42,858 nt of DNA from Escherichia phage Halfdan. Location of the stretch: sequence record NC_072811.1. One strand, written 5' to 3'. Under the pieces are notes generated by a model. It made no database searches. It saw only the letters and a list, made by a program, of their open reading frames with translations, and was not told the origin of the DNA. This document shows positions 1-10,500 of this stretch, in pieces (position 1 is the first letter of the stretch; each line of letters begins with the position of its first letter). Position numbers and translations under genes: made by a program.

Positions 1-70
1 TGGCGGGGCTAGGCGGGGCGTTCGTGCCCCTAGCGTGTAGGGTAGTACCGGCTAAGGCGCTGCGACGCGC

Positions 71-721
71 TTACGGCGTCCCGCTTGGGGTAATGGTGCC
101 CTTGGCGACCACGTTTCCGGCCCCGTCAACTTTGAACACCGCTACGCCGTCGGAATTCTGAACCAGAACCGACGACCCCGAATCGGCCGTATGAGTTCGC
201 AAAATGATTCGATGGTCAATCCCCGGCGAACCAATCAATATACGAAGAAGGCCGGTCGGGTCAACAACCGACGTATACCCGCCTTGAATCAGCGCAACCG
301 GGGCCATAACGAAAGTGCGTTCGTCGGTAATCATGGCGTTAAGAATTGCCGTATCGTCGGGTTCCAACGAAATTTGGCAAATCGGAAACACGCCGAACGG
401 AATTGCCGGGGGCGTAGGGGTTGCCGCTTCCGTACCGACAACGCGATGATACGTGCGGTCGTTCAGGTCGAGATAAACCCGGTCGATTCGCGGATTCGCG
501 GAAGGCGCACCAATTCCGGTTACGTTGGTTCCCATGATAACGGAACCGTCCATAAGCAAACCGGCTTCAATCGCAATACCCATACCGACGGTCGCCATTT
601 CACGCGGGGCGAACTGGCGGCCGGTTTCCGCCAATACCGCGATACTGTTGTCGATAGCCGATTTGTAGTTAGCGGCCGTTTGGGTCGTAAAGTCCGGTTG
701 TACGAATTCAGATACAGACAT
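71..721 (-). CDS. putative tail fibre / distal tail structural protein
   Basis: 216-aa ORF; ATG at 719-721 overlaps stop of upstream gene (TAATG coupling); last gene of the tail module; no diagnostic motif recognised. Confidence 0.4.
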   Translation of the reverse strand: MSVSEFVQPDFTTQTAANYKSAIDNSIAVLAETGRQFAPREMATVGMGIAIEAGLLMDGSVIMGTNVTGIGAPSANPRIDRVYLDLNDRTYHRVVGTEAATPTPPAIPFGVFPICQISLEPDDTAILNAMITDERTFVMAPVALIQGGYTSVVDPTGLLRILIGSPGIDHRIILRTHTADSGSSVLVQNSDGVAVFKVDGAGNVVAKGTITPSGTP

Positions 722-3186
722 TATAGTTTCTCCAACGTCGAATTAAGGCCCAAGAATTGTACGCCTTGGGGGTCGGTAACGGTAGCCCGGAAACCAAGTT
801 TAATATTCGCATCGCCGGTTAACACGAATTGCCCTTGTTGGTATTCGGTGTTATCGAAATGCGCCACTTGCGCCGACGCATTCAAAGTCGGCAATACGCC
901 CGGAATGTTTGGCGAACGAAGCCAGCCAACCGAACCGGATACACGAAGGGTTGCGGGCGGTGCCTGATACGTCGCATCTTTAGACCAGTATTCGCACTGG
1001 CCGAAAGGTGCCGGAACCATCATATCGAACACTTCCCAACCAAGCGACGCCGCCAGTTGTTGCGAATCGACAACCGCTTTGTACGGCGTAACCCAAACCC
1101 CGTTAATCAAATCGCCTTCGTACTTGCTAAAACCGGTTTGCTTGACGATAGTAGCGGGCGGGCGACCGGTTGCCGCAACACTTGCCGGAACGCCGACCAT
1201 ACCCGCGTCGGATACGAACGCCGCGAAGTAAACGCCGTCTTGAATTTCGCGTTGAACGCGCAACGTCGTTTGCGGAAGCGGAATCGTCGCAACGATAACA
1301 CCTTGTTCGTAATCTTCAATCGACTTTGCCCACACAATGACCGTCGAAGCCGCCAGCGAACCCGGAAGCGGGGCCGACCAAGCAAGGTCGCCGTACAGGC
1401 TATCGACAACGTTAAAGGTCAGCGATTGGACGGCTTCCGGGTATTCAGACCCAAGGCCGACAACGACAACCGTATTCGAAGGCGTAGTCGTAGAACGCTT
1501 TTCGTAACTGTTCACGGTTCGGATATAGCCGATATACGTGTCGCCAGCGCCAAGCGGCGGCGTTGTATACGTTATCGTCGTGCGACCCGACATAAAGATA
1601 TAGTCGGAATCGACAGGCGTAAACGGATACTTGCCGTAAGCCAGTTCGTAACCAACGACGTAAATATCGGCGGATTGCGGCCAGTCAAAGCGAACGCGGG
1701 GTTTGTTGGTGCCCGGTTCGACAGCGGTAACGCCCGAAGTCGCGTACAGAACCGACAACGGCTTCGGTTGGGTAACATCTGGTACGATGATTTGACCGCC
1801 GCCGTCAATCGGCTTTAAGTCCATATCGTCGGAATAAATGTCGTCGCTGTATTCAACTAGCGTTAGTTCGATGCCGCCGGGGTCGGTATTGGTCGGCGGC
1901 GTCATTTTCCAATCGGTAATTTGAAACAGCTTCGAAATCCAACCAAGTTGGGGCAAGTTCAGCGGTACAACGTCCCAAACTTCGTAATTAAATACCGTCC
2001 ATTTGCACGGAAGGGTAATCGTCTTTTCCAGCCGCGCACGGCGTAAGAAAATGGTTGCCAGTCGTTGCGCCGTAATCGGCGAAGTCGTGAAGTTCAACAC
2101 AATATCTTTGAATTGCTGAATACCGCCGTCTTGTGCGATATATTCAGCGCCGGATACTGGCGGGAAGTCGTTAAATACCCAACCGTTCGTAGAATCAAGG
2201 AAAGTACCCTTGACGCTGTTAAACGATTGGTCGGTCGGCGTGCGCGGTTGAAGCGACGGATTATCCCGCAAGTCTTCGGCCGTAATCTGGCGCGAAACGG
2301 CGGTACGGGCCGCACCGACAAACAGGCGGTAGACGCCTTCCGTCCATACGACAGTACCGGCACAAGCCGAAAGCATTTGCGAAATTGTGTCGCCGTTCTT
2401 GGTCGAAAGTTCGACAACACCGTCGATTGTATATCGGCCGTCGCAAAGACTGGCGGCCATGCTTGCCGGGATTTGGTCGGAAATGTCGGCGGCGGCTTTA
2501 ACGGTTTCCCAATCCATTTCGGCGGAAGTTGCGCCCAAGCCGTCTACCGAAGTCATAAAGTCGGCGGTGCAAAGCGCACCGTTGTTCGTCCACTTGGTCA
2601 AGCCGTCGCGGGGGTCGTATACCGGTTTACCCTTAACGTCGAATTGCACGTTAGGGCGGCCGTTCTTCCAAGCGGTTTTGTCGTATTTCAGCTTAACGAC
2701 CGCATACGCGCAACCGGTCAAAATGCAATCGGCGGTGTATTCGCTGAAAGTCGCGTGCAACTGCGGGTCAACGGCGGTTTGCGAACCGTCGTAATACCAC
2801 CATTCATACCAGCCCGCCGCAACATCCGGCCCGGCTTCGCCGTCGAAATAGATTTGCGTAACTTCTTGGATTCGGTGCGCCGCAATTACAACGACCATCC
2901 AAAGATATTCGTAACCGTCGCCGGATACGTTGGCGTAACTAACGACGCCAGAAATCCGCGCTTTCCCATAGACCATACGGCGCGGGGCGTCGGCCTGAAA
3001 GGTAAGCGATAACGGGTTCGTCTGGTACGTCGTACCAACCGGGTTCGGTGACGATTGAACCCCGGACATATTGCGCGACATTGCCAGCGTTAAGCCGACG
3101 GCGACAATCGTACCGATAACAAGCGCGGTCGTCGTACCGACCACGGCCGCAACGGCGATTGCAATTACGGGAAGTACGGCGGGCAT
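721..3186 (-). CDS. large tail-tip / host-specificity-like protein
   Basis: about 821 aa from ATG 3184-3186 (track ORF extends to a TTG at 3201); hydrophobic N-terminus; assignment by size and synteny only. Confidence 0.45.
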   Translation of the reverse strand: MPAVLPVIAIAVAAVVGTTTALVIGTIVAVGLTLAMSRNMSGVQSSPNPVGTTYQTNPLSLTFQADAPRRMVYGKARISGVVSYANVSGDGYEYLWMVVVIAAHRIQEVTQIYFDGEAGPDVAAGWYEWWYYDGSQTAVDPQLHATFSEYTADCILTGCAYAVVKLKYDKTAWKNGRPNVQFDVKGKPVYDPRDGLTKWTNNGALCTADFMTSVDGLGATSAEMDWETVKAAADISDQIPASMAASLCDGRYTIDGVVELSTKNGDTISQMLSACAGTVVWTEGVYRLFVGAARTAVSRQITAEDLRDNPSLQPRTPTDQSFNSVKGTFLDSTNGWVFNDFPPVSGAEYIAQDGGIQQFKDIVLNFTTSPITAQRLATIFLRRARLEKTITLPCKWTVFNYEVWDVVPLNLPQLGWISKLFQITDWKMTPPTNTDPGGIELTLVEYSDDIYSDDMDLKPIDGGGQIIVPDVTQPKPLSVLYATSGVTAVEPGTNKPRVRFDWPQSADIYVVGYELAYGKYPFTPVDSDYIFMSGRTTITYTTPPLGAGDTYIGYIRTVNSYEKRSTTTPSNTVVVVGLGSEYPEAVQSLTFNVVDSLYGDLAWSAPLPGSLAASTVIVWAKSIEDYEQGVIVATIPLPQTTLRVQREIQDGVYFAAFVSDAGMVGVPASVAATGRPPATIVKQTGFSKYEGDLINGVWVTPYKAVVDSQQLAASLGWEVFDMMVPAPFGQCEYWSKDATYQAPPATLRVSGSVGWLRSPNIPGVLPTLNASAQVAHFDNTEYQQGQFVLTGDANIKLGFRATVTDPQGVQFLGLNSTLEKL

Positions 3187-3623
3187 TAGCGGAACCCCCA
3201 AACGTCGATAATGCGATGCGTTACCGGAACTTGCACAATTCCGACCGGATGCAAACAGGCAAACGCCTTATTGCGGTAGAACACACCCAAGCCGCAACGT
3301 TGGTCTACGCGACCTTTGCCGACGGATGCGCGGGGCCATTGAATGCAAACAACGTCGCCGTCTTTGGCTTCGGATAGGTCAATGATTCGACCGCCGACAG
3401 GCTTAACCAACGTTTCGAATACTTCCCGAACGACGACCGTTCCGAAGGTATCGTTAAGCATCATTGCGCAAGTTGATTCGTCCTTATAAGTCCGAATATC
3501 GCGCATAACGTCAACACCGGTTGCGATTTCGATAGCGCCAGCGGCAAAGGTGCAACAATCGAACTTGCCCCATTCGAAACGCTGTTCGGCGCATTCCGCC
3601 ATGTATTCGTGAATGTCTTTCAT
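3186..3623 (-). CDS. tail-associated protein, possible NlpC/P60-like cysteine peptidase
   Basis: 145 aa from ATG 3621-3623; FDCCTFAAG cysteine motif with downstream His; TAATG stop-start coupling on both sides. Confidence 0.3.
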   Translation of the reverse strand: MKDIHEYMAECAEQRFEWGKFDCCTFAAGAIEIATGVDVMRDIRTYKDESTCAMMLNDTFGTVVVREVFETLVKPVGGRIIDLSEAKDGDVVCIQWPRASVGKGRVDQRCGLGVFYRNKAFACLHPVGIVQVPVTHRIIDVWGFR

Positions 3624-4159
3624 TATGAACCCCAACGTACTTTTAATGTGGGCATCGAAGCGATGAACTTAAACCCTTTATCGTTCGGGTATTTCGCTTG
3701 CTGGTCTTCGTTAGTATACCGGGAATTAACCGAACGTGCCCAATTAATCAAGCGTGACGACGCGGAAGCCGCAACCGAAACAACTTGGCCTAAGTCAACG
3801 GTTAACGAATCAATTGTTCCGTTGAACCACGTAATCAAACCGGTTACAAGCTGGTTGTTTTTATCGACAAGCGCAATCGAAACCTTAATCGGTTTATTAC
3901 GCGTGTTTTCGTTAACAACGTCACCGGTCATAGTTGACGGAATATTAGTTAGGGTCAACTTTAACGCCGTAGCGGTTACACCGTTGGTCGTGGTGTAATC
4001 GCCGATTCGCCCAAGCGAACCGACGCCGTAATAAAGTTTTCCGCCGACAGTAATATTCCGGTCGGAAGTGTTCGCCAAGAACGGGCCACTTTCGAAACTG
4101 ATTTCTACAAAGTAAACCGGACGAACGACCTTTTCGTCGAACTGCGGGAAGTTACGCAT
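3623..4159 (-). CDS. tail protein, paralogue of the C-terminal domain of the 915-aa tail protein
   Basis: 178 aa; shares RPV(F/Y)FV and RYT(N/D)E.QQ...P.D(K/R)GFKFIA...K(V/L)(R/K)WG blocks with residues ~725-915 of ORF 4152..6899. Confidence 0.5.
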   Translation of the reverse strand: MRNFPQFDEKVVRPVYFVEISFESGPFLANTSDRNITVGGKLYYGVGSLGRIGDYTTTNGVTATALKLTLTNIPSTMTGDVVNENTRNKPIKVSIALVDKNNQLVTGLITWFNGTIDSLTVDLGQVVSVAASASSRLINWARSVNSRYTNEDQQAKYPNDKGFKFIASMPTLKVRWGS

Positions 4160-6899
4160 TTTGGTCGCCCCATTTTAGTTTGGTCGATTGCAAATCGGCG
4201 ATGAACTTAAATCCACGGTCGCCTGGGTGCAATAGTTGTTGGTATTCGTCGGTATAGCGGGCGGTTGAAGCCTTGTGCCAATCCGAAAGCGAAGACCGAA
4301 CGTTTAACTTAATCGTCGCGGTGTTACCGGTAAATTGAACGTTATTGTCGAGAATAGCGCCCGACCCGATAAGTCGCGGATTGCTGATTAGGATATTCGA
4401 AGGGTCAACCAAACCCAAGAACATTTTAACGCCCTTCGCCCGGATATGTTCGGTAACGTAATCGACCATATTAAGCGGAATGCCCGCAAGGCCCATTGAC
4501 CAACCAGCGTCGGAAGCGGCCAAGCCTTCCGTTACCGCTTCAATCTTGCCGAACTGGCCGGTCGCGAACCACGTTTTACCGTCATAGTCGATATTCTTGT
4601 CGGAACTGTTCATAAACGAATCGTCGCCAACTTGAACAAAGAACACCGGCCGAATAATACGGTCTTCAATTTCCGCGCCAAGTTGTCGGCGTGGCGGCAC
4701 GTATGGTTGAATCGCCGGGTCGGTTCCGTACAACGTATCGTCGTATGTAATACCGTCGCGGATAACTTGCGGGTATGCCCACACATAGATATTAGGGATT
4801 TCGTTCAAAATGGCTTCACGCGTCGCGATATTCACGTTAGGCCAAACCCAAGTTTCGCGGGCCGTGTTCACGAAGCCGACGAAGTAATGCACGACGGCCA
4901 ACGGATATTGCAAACGCACCGTCGCCGCTTCAAGGGTCAACGGCAACAAGTCAAGGTCGCCGTTAATAATCCAATCGTAATCCTCAATCTGTACGAAATC
5001 GTAATTCGGATAAATCCATTCCGATTCGGGGAAATTGATAATCGGCAACATTTCCGAAGCCGGGTTCATAATCTGCGGTGTAAAGAACAGCAGCGTACCC
5101 AACGAATCAGGATAAGCGGCCTTTACCGCATCCCGAATATAGTTGGTCGATTGGCCCAACTTCACGCCCAACCATTCCAAGTACGGGCGTTGGTCGTCGG
5201 TAATCGGCTGTTTATAGTTGGTGTAATACGGCGTCGGTACAGCGTGCCCGGTTTCGGTCGTATAAAGCCCCTTCGTGTATTCGTCGTAAATACACGGCGC
5301 ACCGTTCGTATAAGAACCGTCCCACCACCACGGTTCGCCAATCTGGAACATTAGCGTACTAATGCCGGATTCTTGAAGAAGTTTCATACCGTGTTTAATC
5401 GTCCGGGCTAGGTAATCCATCGCCGGAATAAACGTCGGAATCAGGAACGACGAAGGCGGCGACCAGCCCGAAAGCGCCGGGCTTCCGTAAGCGTCGCGTT
5501 GCTTCCATTCGTCCGGGCAATACGTGTTAAGGATTTCGTAAGACGTAGACCAAATAAACGTATAGCCGTAGGCTTGCATTTGGGTGAAGAAGTTACGGCA
5601 CCAAACTTCCGTAGGATAGTTCAGCGGTTCGGCCGCATCCTTTACCACTTGGTTAACGAATGTCGTACTTCCCCCGGTCGAATACGCCTTGAAATAGTGC
5701 GACATACCCATATACAGGTTGAAATGCCCCCGGTATCCAAGGTTGTACGTGTTATCAACTTGTCGCCACGGCGTAATATTGTATGTATCGTCGAAACCCG
5801 AAGTCATTTGCATATTATGCACGGCTTGCGGATAGAAACGACGACCGATAATGCGTCGCGCACCAGTTACCGAAATGTTCATCATTTCGAAGTTAAGCGA
5901 TTCGTTACCGATAGCCGTGTCGAGTTGAAGCGTAACGGCGTTCGCCGGGCCGCCGATAATCGCAACGTCTTTAAGCGGCCCGTTTTCGGCTTTTACATAT
6001 AGCGAAGTTCCCCGCATGTACCAGTTATTAACCTGAATCAAGAACGTTTGCAGGTTTTGAGTATAGATAGCGATAGGGTCGCCGCCGCCTTTACCGCCGT
6101 TCTTCTTACCGGTATTGACCGTTTTAACGTACTTGTCCGGTTGGACAATCGTAAATTGCAGAATGTCACCCTTCTTTAACCGCAAGTTAGGGTTAACGTT
6201 CATTACTTCCCAATAATCAAGCGTACCCGTACCCTTTACGCCGACGTATCGGGAACCGTAGTAACCAATTTCACCAATGCTTCGGATACGCGCATTCGGC
6301 CCAAGGCCATACGACCCCGGAGTAATGGCGAAGAAGAAGTTAATAATATAACGCGGGTCGATAACGTCGCCGTCGAAGTTGAACCCGGTTTTCATGTTGT
6401 CGAAATCAAGAATATAGATTTCGTAACCATCGGGAACGGTCGGCGTACCTTCGGGGAAGATATCAGAAATCGCGTAAATCAGGCCCGGCCCCGGCCCGGT
6501 AATTTCGATCGCACCGGGATTCGGAACCAGCGACTCGCCTTGTATCTTATACGGAAACATTCGGTAAACCTGATTACCGGAGTTCGACAGAACAGTTACC
6601 GTAAATTTGTACGGATAAAGCGGGTTCGCAACGAACCCAACTTTAACGCCGGAATAATCGCGGTCTTCGACGTACTGCAACAGGGGGTGCCCCATATCGT
6701 CGTGCGAAGTCCAAAGCAAGCCGACCAAATCGCGGTTAGAACGAAACTCACAATTTACGGTCAGCTTGTCGGGCGTATCGGCGATAATGGTTGCAATCGC
6801 CGACAACGGAAAGTCAAGGTGAAAATACCGGCCGTCGAAACGCGTAAGCGTCGAATTGGCGGCCGGTAGGGTTTCGCAGTATGCGCTATCGAATGCCAT
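4152..6899 (-). CDS. large tail protein (baseplate-hub-like, tail-tip complex)
   Basis: 915 aa; ATG 6897-6899 abuts stop of upstream gene; downstream of tape measure and distal tail genes; function inferred from synteny. Confidence 0.5.
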   Translation of the reverse strand: MAFDSAYCETLPAANSTLTRFDGRYFHLDFPLSAIATIIADTPDKLTVNCEFRSNRDLVGLLWTSHDDMGHPLLQYVEDRDYSGVKVGFVANPLYPYKFTVTVLSNSGNQVYRMFPYKIQGESLVPNPGAIEITGPGPGLIYAISDIFPEGTPTVPDGYEIYILDFDNMKTGFNFDGDVIDPRYIINFFFAITPGSYGLGPNARIRSIGEIGYYGSRYVGVKGTGTLDYWEVMNVNPNLRLKKGDILQFTIVQPDKYVKTVNTGKKNGGKGGGDPIAIYTQNLQTFLIQVNNWYMRGTSLYVKAENGPLKDVAIIGGPANAVTLQLDTAIGNESLNFEMMNISVTGARRIIGRRFYPQAVHNMQMTSGFDDTYNITPWRQVDNTYNLGYRGHFNLYMGMSHYFKAYSTGGSTTFVNQVVKDAAEPLNYPTEVWCRNFFTQMQAYGYTFIWSTSYEILNTYCPDEWKQRDAYGSPALSGWSPPSSFLIPTFIPAMDYLARTIKHGMKLLQESGISTLMFQIGEPWWWDGSYTNGAPCIYDEYTKGLYTTETGHAVPTPYYTNYKQPITDDQRPYLEWLGVKLGQSTNYIRDAVKAAYPDSLGTLLFFTPQIMNPASEMLPIINFPESEWIYPNYDFVQIEDYDWIINGDLDLLPLTLEAATVRLQYPLAVVHYFVGFVNTARETWVWPNVNIATREAILNEIPNIYVWAYPQVIRDGITYDDTLYGTDPAIQPYVPPRRQLGAEIEDRIIRPVFFVQVGDDSFMNSSDKNIDYDGKTWFATGQFGKIEAVTEGLAASDAGWSMGLAGIPLNMVDYVTEHIRAKGVKMFLGLVDPSNILISNPRLIGSGAILDNNVQFTGNTATIKLNVRSSLSDWHKASTARYTDEYQQLLHPGDRGFKFIADLQSTKLKWGDQNA

Positions 6900-7514
6900 T
6901 TAGCTTTGTCCGTACAATGCTTCGGTGAATTCAAGCGAAGCGGAATGCAACATTCCGTCGATACTCACTTCGCCGCCCCCGGTAAGTTGACACGATACAA
7001 CCGGCGCAATCGACGAAATCGCGGTTCCGTTTACTGGCGGGTTGCGCAATGGCGGAAGAATCGGAATGTTCGCGTTCCCGCTGGCATCCGACGAAACAGC
7101 CGCCGTAACAATATGCATTCGATACATGCCGTCGGAACACAAGTAAGAAATTTGGTCGCCGACTTCAAGAATCGCAATGCTTGGCGTCCAACCAGCGGAA
7201 GCCAGAACGGCCCCCGCTTGGTTTGCGCCGTTAACCGTCGGCGTGCCCGGTTCGGTACTGCGACGCGGGATATACGACAGGTCGTAAATGTGGGCAACTT
7301 CCGCCCCGCCCCGCAACATCGCTTTAATTGCTTTCAGTTGTCGGCCATACTTGGCGGATAGGCTGTCGTATCCGAACGTAAGTTTCCAGCGTGCGCCCGG
7401 AAGTTCGACAACCTGAATGCCGCCAGTGAAAGGCGACGCCGCGATGCCCACATTATTAAGAATGTCGGCTTTTGCCGTATCCGGCGCGAATAGCGTAGTC
7501 CGTAAATCAATCAT
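6900..7514 (-). CDS. putative distal tail protein
   Basis: 204 aa; ATG 7512-7514 directly follows tape measure stop; position typical of a Dit-like protein. Confidence 0.4.
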   Translation of the reverse strand: MIDLRTTLFAPDTAKADILNNVGIAASPFTGGIQVVELPGARWKLTFGYDSLSAKYGRQLKAIKAMLRGGAEVAHIYDLSYIPRRSTEPGTPTVNGANQAGAVLASAGWTPSIAILEVGDQISYLCSDGMYRMHIVTAAVSSDASGNANIPILPPLRNPPVNGTAISSIAPVVSCQLTGGGEVSIDGMLHSASLEFTEALYGQS

Positions 7515-10500
7515 TTAGTTTGCCGCCTGTTTAATGACTTTCGACCAAGTACCGCCCATGCGGATACTATCCATAATGTCGGCTTGCGTCTTCTGCGAAA
7601 TTGCGGTCGCCGCTTTTTCCAGCGAATCGGCGGAACTGTCGCCGGAACCGCCCTGTACGGTAATATTGTTGTCGATATCGAATGCGACCATAACAACACC
7701 GCCGCCACCATTACCGGCATTATCGCTATTTTGGTTCACTGCGGCAACCGAACCGCCGTTGTTCATCGCTTCAAGCGTTGCGCGGTGTTTGCGCGTAGCC
7801 GCCGCATTAACGACGAATTCTTGACCGTGAACCACGCCCGCAACTTCGGACGTACCGACGTCGCCGGTATAGCCACCAGTTTTAAAGCCCTTGGCCGCGA
7901 AGCCCATTACCATACCGAACAACACGGCAAGCGCCGCGATACCGGCCACGGCCGCACCGCCGAACGATGCCGCCGAAGTCACGGCCGCCGCTGGTGCCCA
8001 AGCTGCCGTAGTCGTGGCCGCCGCTGCGGTCGATTGTGCGGTCGTCGCAGTGATAGCGGTTTGCGCTAACGCTTGGTTGACGACGTATTGAATACCGACC
8101 TTGATAAGTGCGCCGATAAGTTCCGAAAGAATTTGCTTCGAAACTTGCGACAACGTATCTTGCAGGTTTTCACCGTACACGATAGCGCGGCCGATGCTGT
8201 TTGCGAATCCGTCAACGAACCCGGTAAAGAAGTTACCCCAAGCGCCCGACAGACCTTGCAACACGCCTTGATAGTTCGAAACAAGTTGGCCCATACCGGC
8301 GACAATTGCGTCGTTAAATCCGGCCGTACCCATTTGCATTTTAAGATTTGCGGCATCGACGTTCAGTTGTTGCATTTTAATGCCGTACTGTTCCGCCGAA
8401 ATTGCGCCGTTCGCCAACGCCTGATTATACGCCTGTTGTTGCGCCGTCAAGTCGGCTTGTGCGCCCTTGGTTTCGCTGTAAATCTTGTTCAGAACGTCCG
8501 ATTTCTTTTGCGCTTCGTCAAGTGCAACGGTCGTCTTACGGATGCTTTCGGCCATAGCTTCGCTAAACGGCAAGCCCGCTTGCAATGCGGCGTTTCGCGC
8601 CTGAATAACGTTTCGTTCCGCTTCCATCGCCGGGCCGACTTTCGACAGTACGTCGAATTGTTCTTGTGCCGCCTTGTTGAACGAATACAGCGGGTCGGTT
8701 GCGCTGGCGTATGCGTCTTTCGCCTTGGCGACCAATGCGTTATATTTTTCAAGGCTAATTGCGCCAGTGTCATAAAGCGCCTTGGCGACAGCCATTGCGG
8801 CGTTATATTCGCGCAAAGGTGCGGTAACTTCTTTAAGAGCCTTGTTGTAATCTTTCTGTTCTTGCGTCAACTTGGCTTTCTTCGTTTTGCCGTCGTCGCC
8901 CGAAAGCTGGTTCGTACCGGCACCGCGAAGGTTCGACTTAGCCGCTTCGGCTTCCGCTGCGCGGCGGGCTTCCGAAATCTTGCGGGCACCTTGCATAATG
9001 GCGTCGGTCATACCGCCAACGTAATCGGTTTGGAAGCCCGACACGGCGGCTTGTGCGACAGCCGAACCGGCGTCTTTCGCTTCCTGTTCGATTTGCATAC
9101 GCGGCAATTCGATTTTCGCTTTGTCAAGTGCGCCGTTCAACTTGGCGACCAGTTCCGGGGCAACACCTTCGGCAAGCGACGCAATGCCGCGAATGCCGAT
9201 TTGCCAGCTATTCACCAGCGTTTCAACAGCCGTTGCGCCAGCGTTCACGACAAGCGCAAACAGCCCTTTCATAAGGGCCGGGAAGTTGTCCCAAACGGTT
9301 TTAACGACGTTGTACGCGGAAACCCAAGCGCCGATATAACCGTTAACAGTCGCCTTAACTAGCGACAGAATGGTATCGCCAAGCGAACGGAAGTTTTCAC
9401 CCCAACCGTTAGTTTTTTCGTTAATCCAATCAATCGCCTTACCCCAAAGCGATTGGATTTCGGCACCAACGGCGCTAAACCCGTCGCCGACAATCGAAAG
9501 AACCGACTTCGCAACGTCTTGCAGGTTAACCAGACCGTCGGAAGTAACCGAAATCTTGTCGCCGAATACGGTAAGGGCTGCGATAGCGGTTGTAATGGCA
9601 ATCGCGATAAGGCCAATCGGGTTGGCCGCTAGGGCCGCCGTGAAGCCAATTACGGCGGTCGTCGCTGCGCCAAGGGCGGATAGCAGGGCTGGCCCGAACG
9701 CGACCAGCAGGGCCGCGCCTACGGCCACAAGCGCCACGGTCAACAGGTCGAGATTGTTACCAAGCCAAAGAATCGCCTTCGCCAGTGCCGACGATACGCC
9801 GGTCGCTTTATCCAGCTTACCGACGAATTGGCCGACTTGGTTGTTAAGTACGGTCATCGCTTGCCCGATTGTGGGCGTCGTTTTCGCGAAGGTATCGTCG
9901 ATTTGCTGTTGAATAAGCTGGAACGCTTTAAACAGAACTTCCGACGTAATCTTGCCTTCTGTACCGAGTTTTTTAACTTGGTCAACCGGTTTGTTAAGCG
10001 CCTTGGCTACGGCGTCCAATACGACGGGCATGTTTTCCGACACGGAACGGAATTCGTCGCCTTGCAACTTACCGGAGTTGAACGCCTGCGAAAGCTGCAA
10101 CAGGGCCGACGATGCTTCCGACGAAGTGGCACCGGATACGACCAACGCTTTGTTAATGGTTTCGGTCATTCGCAAAGTATCTTCTTGCGATTTACCCATT
10201 AACTTCAACGACCGGTCAAAGCGCGTAAATGCGGTCGCGGTTTCGTCAACCCCGGCACGCGTCTTGTTCGCAAGTTCGTACAGGCGGTCGGTAAGTTCGT
10301 TAACTTGCGCTTGCGACGACGAAACGTTTTGCAATTTGTTTTGCAAAGCGGTATAACTGTCGGCGTACTTCAACAGGGCACCGGTTGCGGCGGTAATCGC
10401 GGCAATCGAAAGCGCACGCTTTGCGAAGTCCATAAACGAATTAGTCGTTTTCTGGTTCTGTTCTTCCAACTTCTTTTGCGCCTGTTGCAGACGAATAGAA

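Noticed and set aside
8073-9362. 429-aa plus-strand ORF inside the tape measure gene
   Set aside because: Antisense to a 1149-aa ORF with clear tape measure features; Arg/Cys-rich composition; no translation signals.
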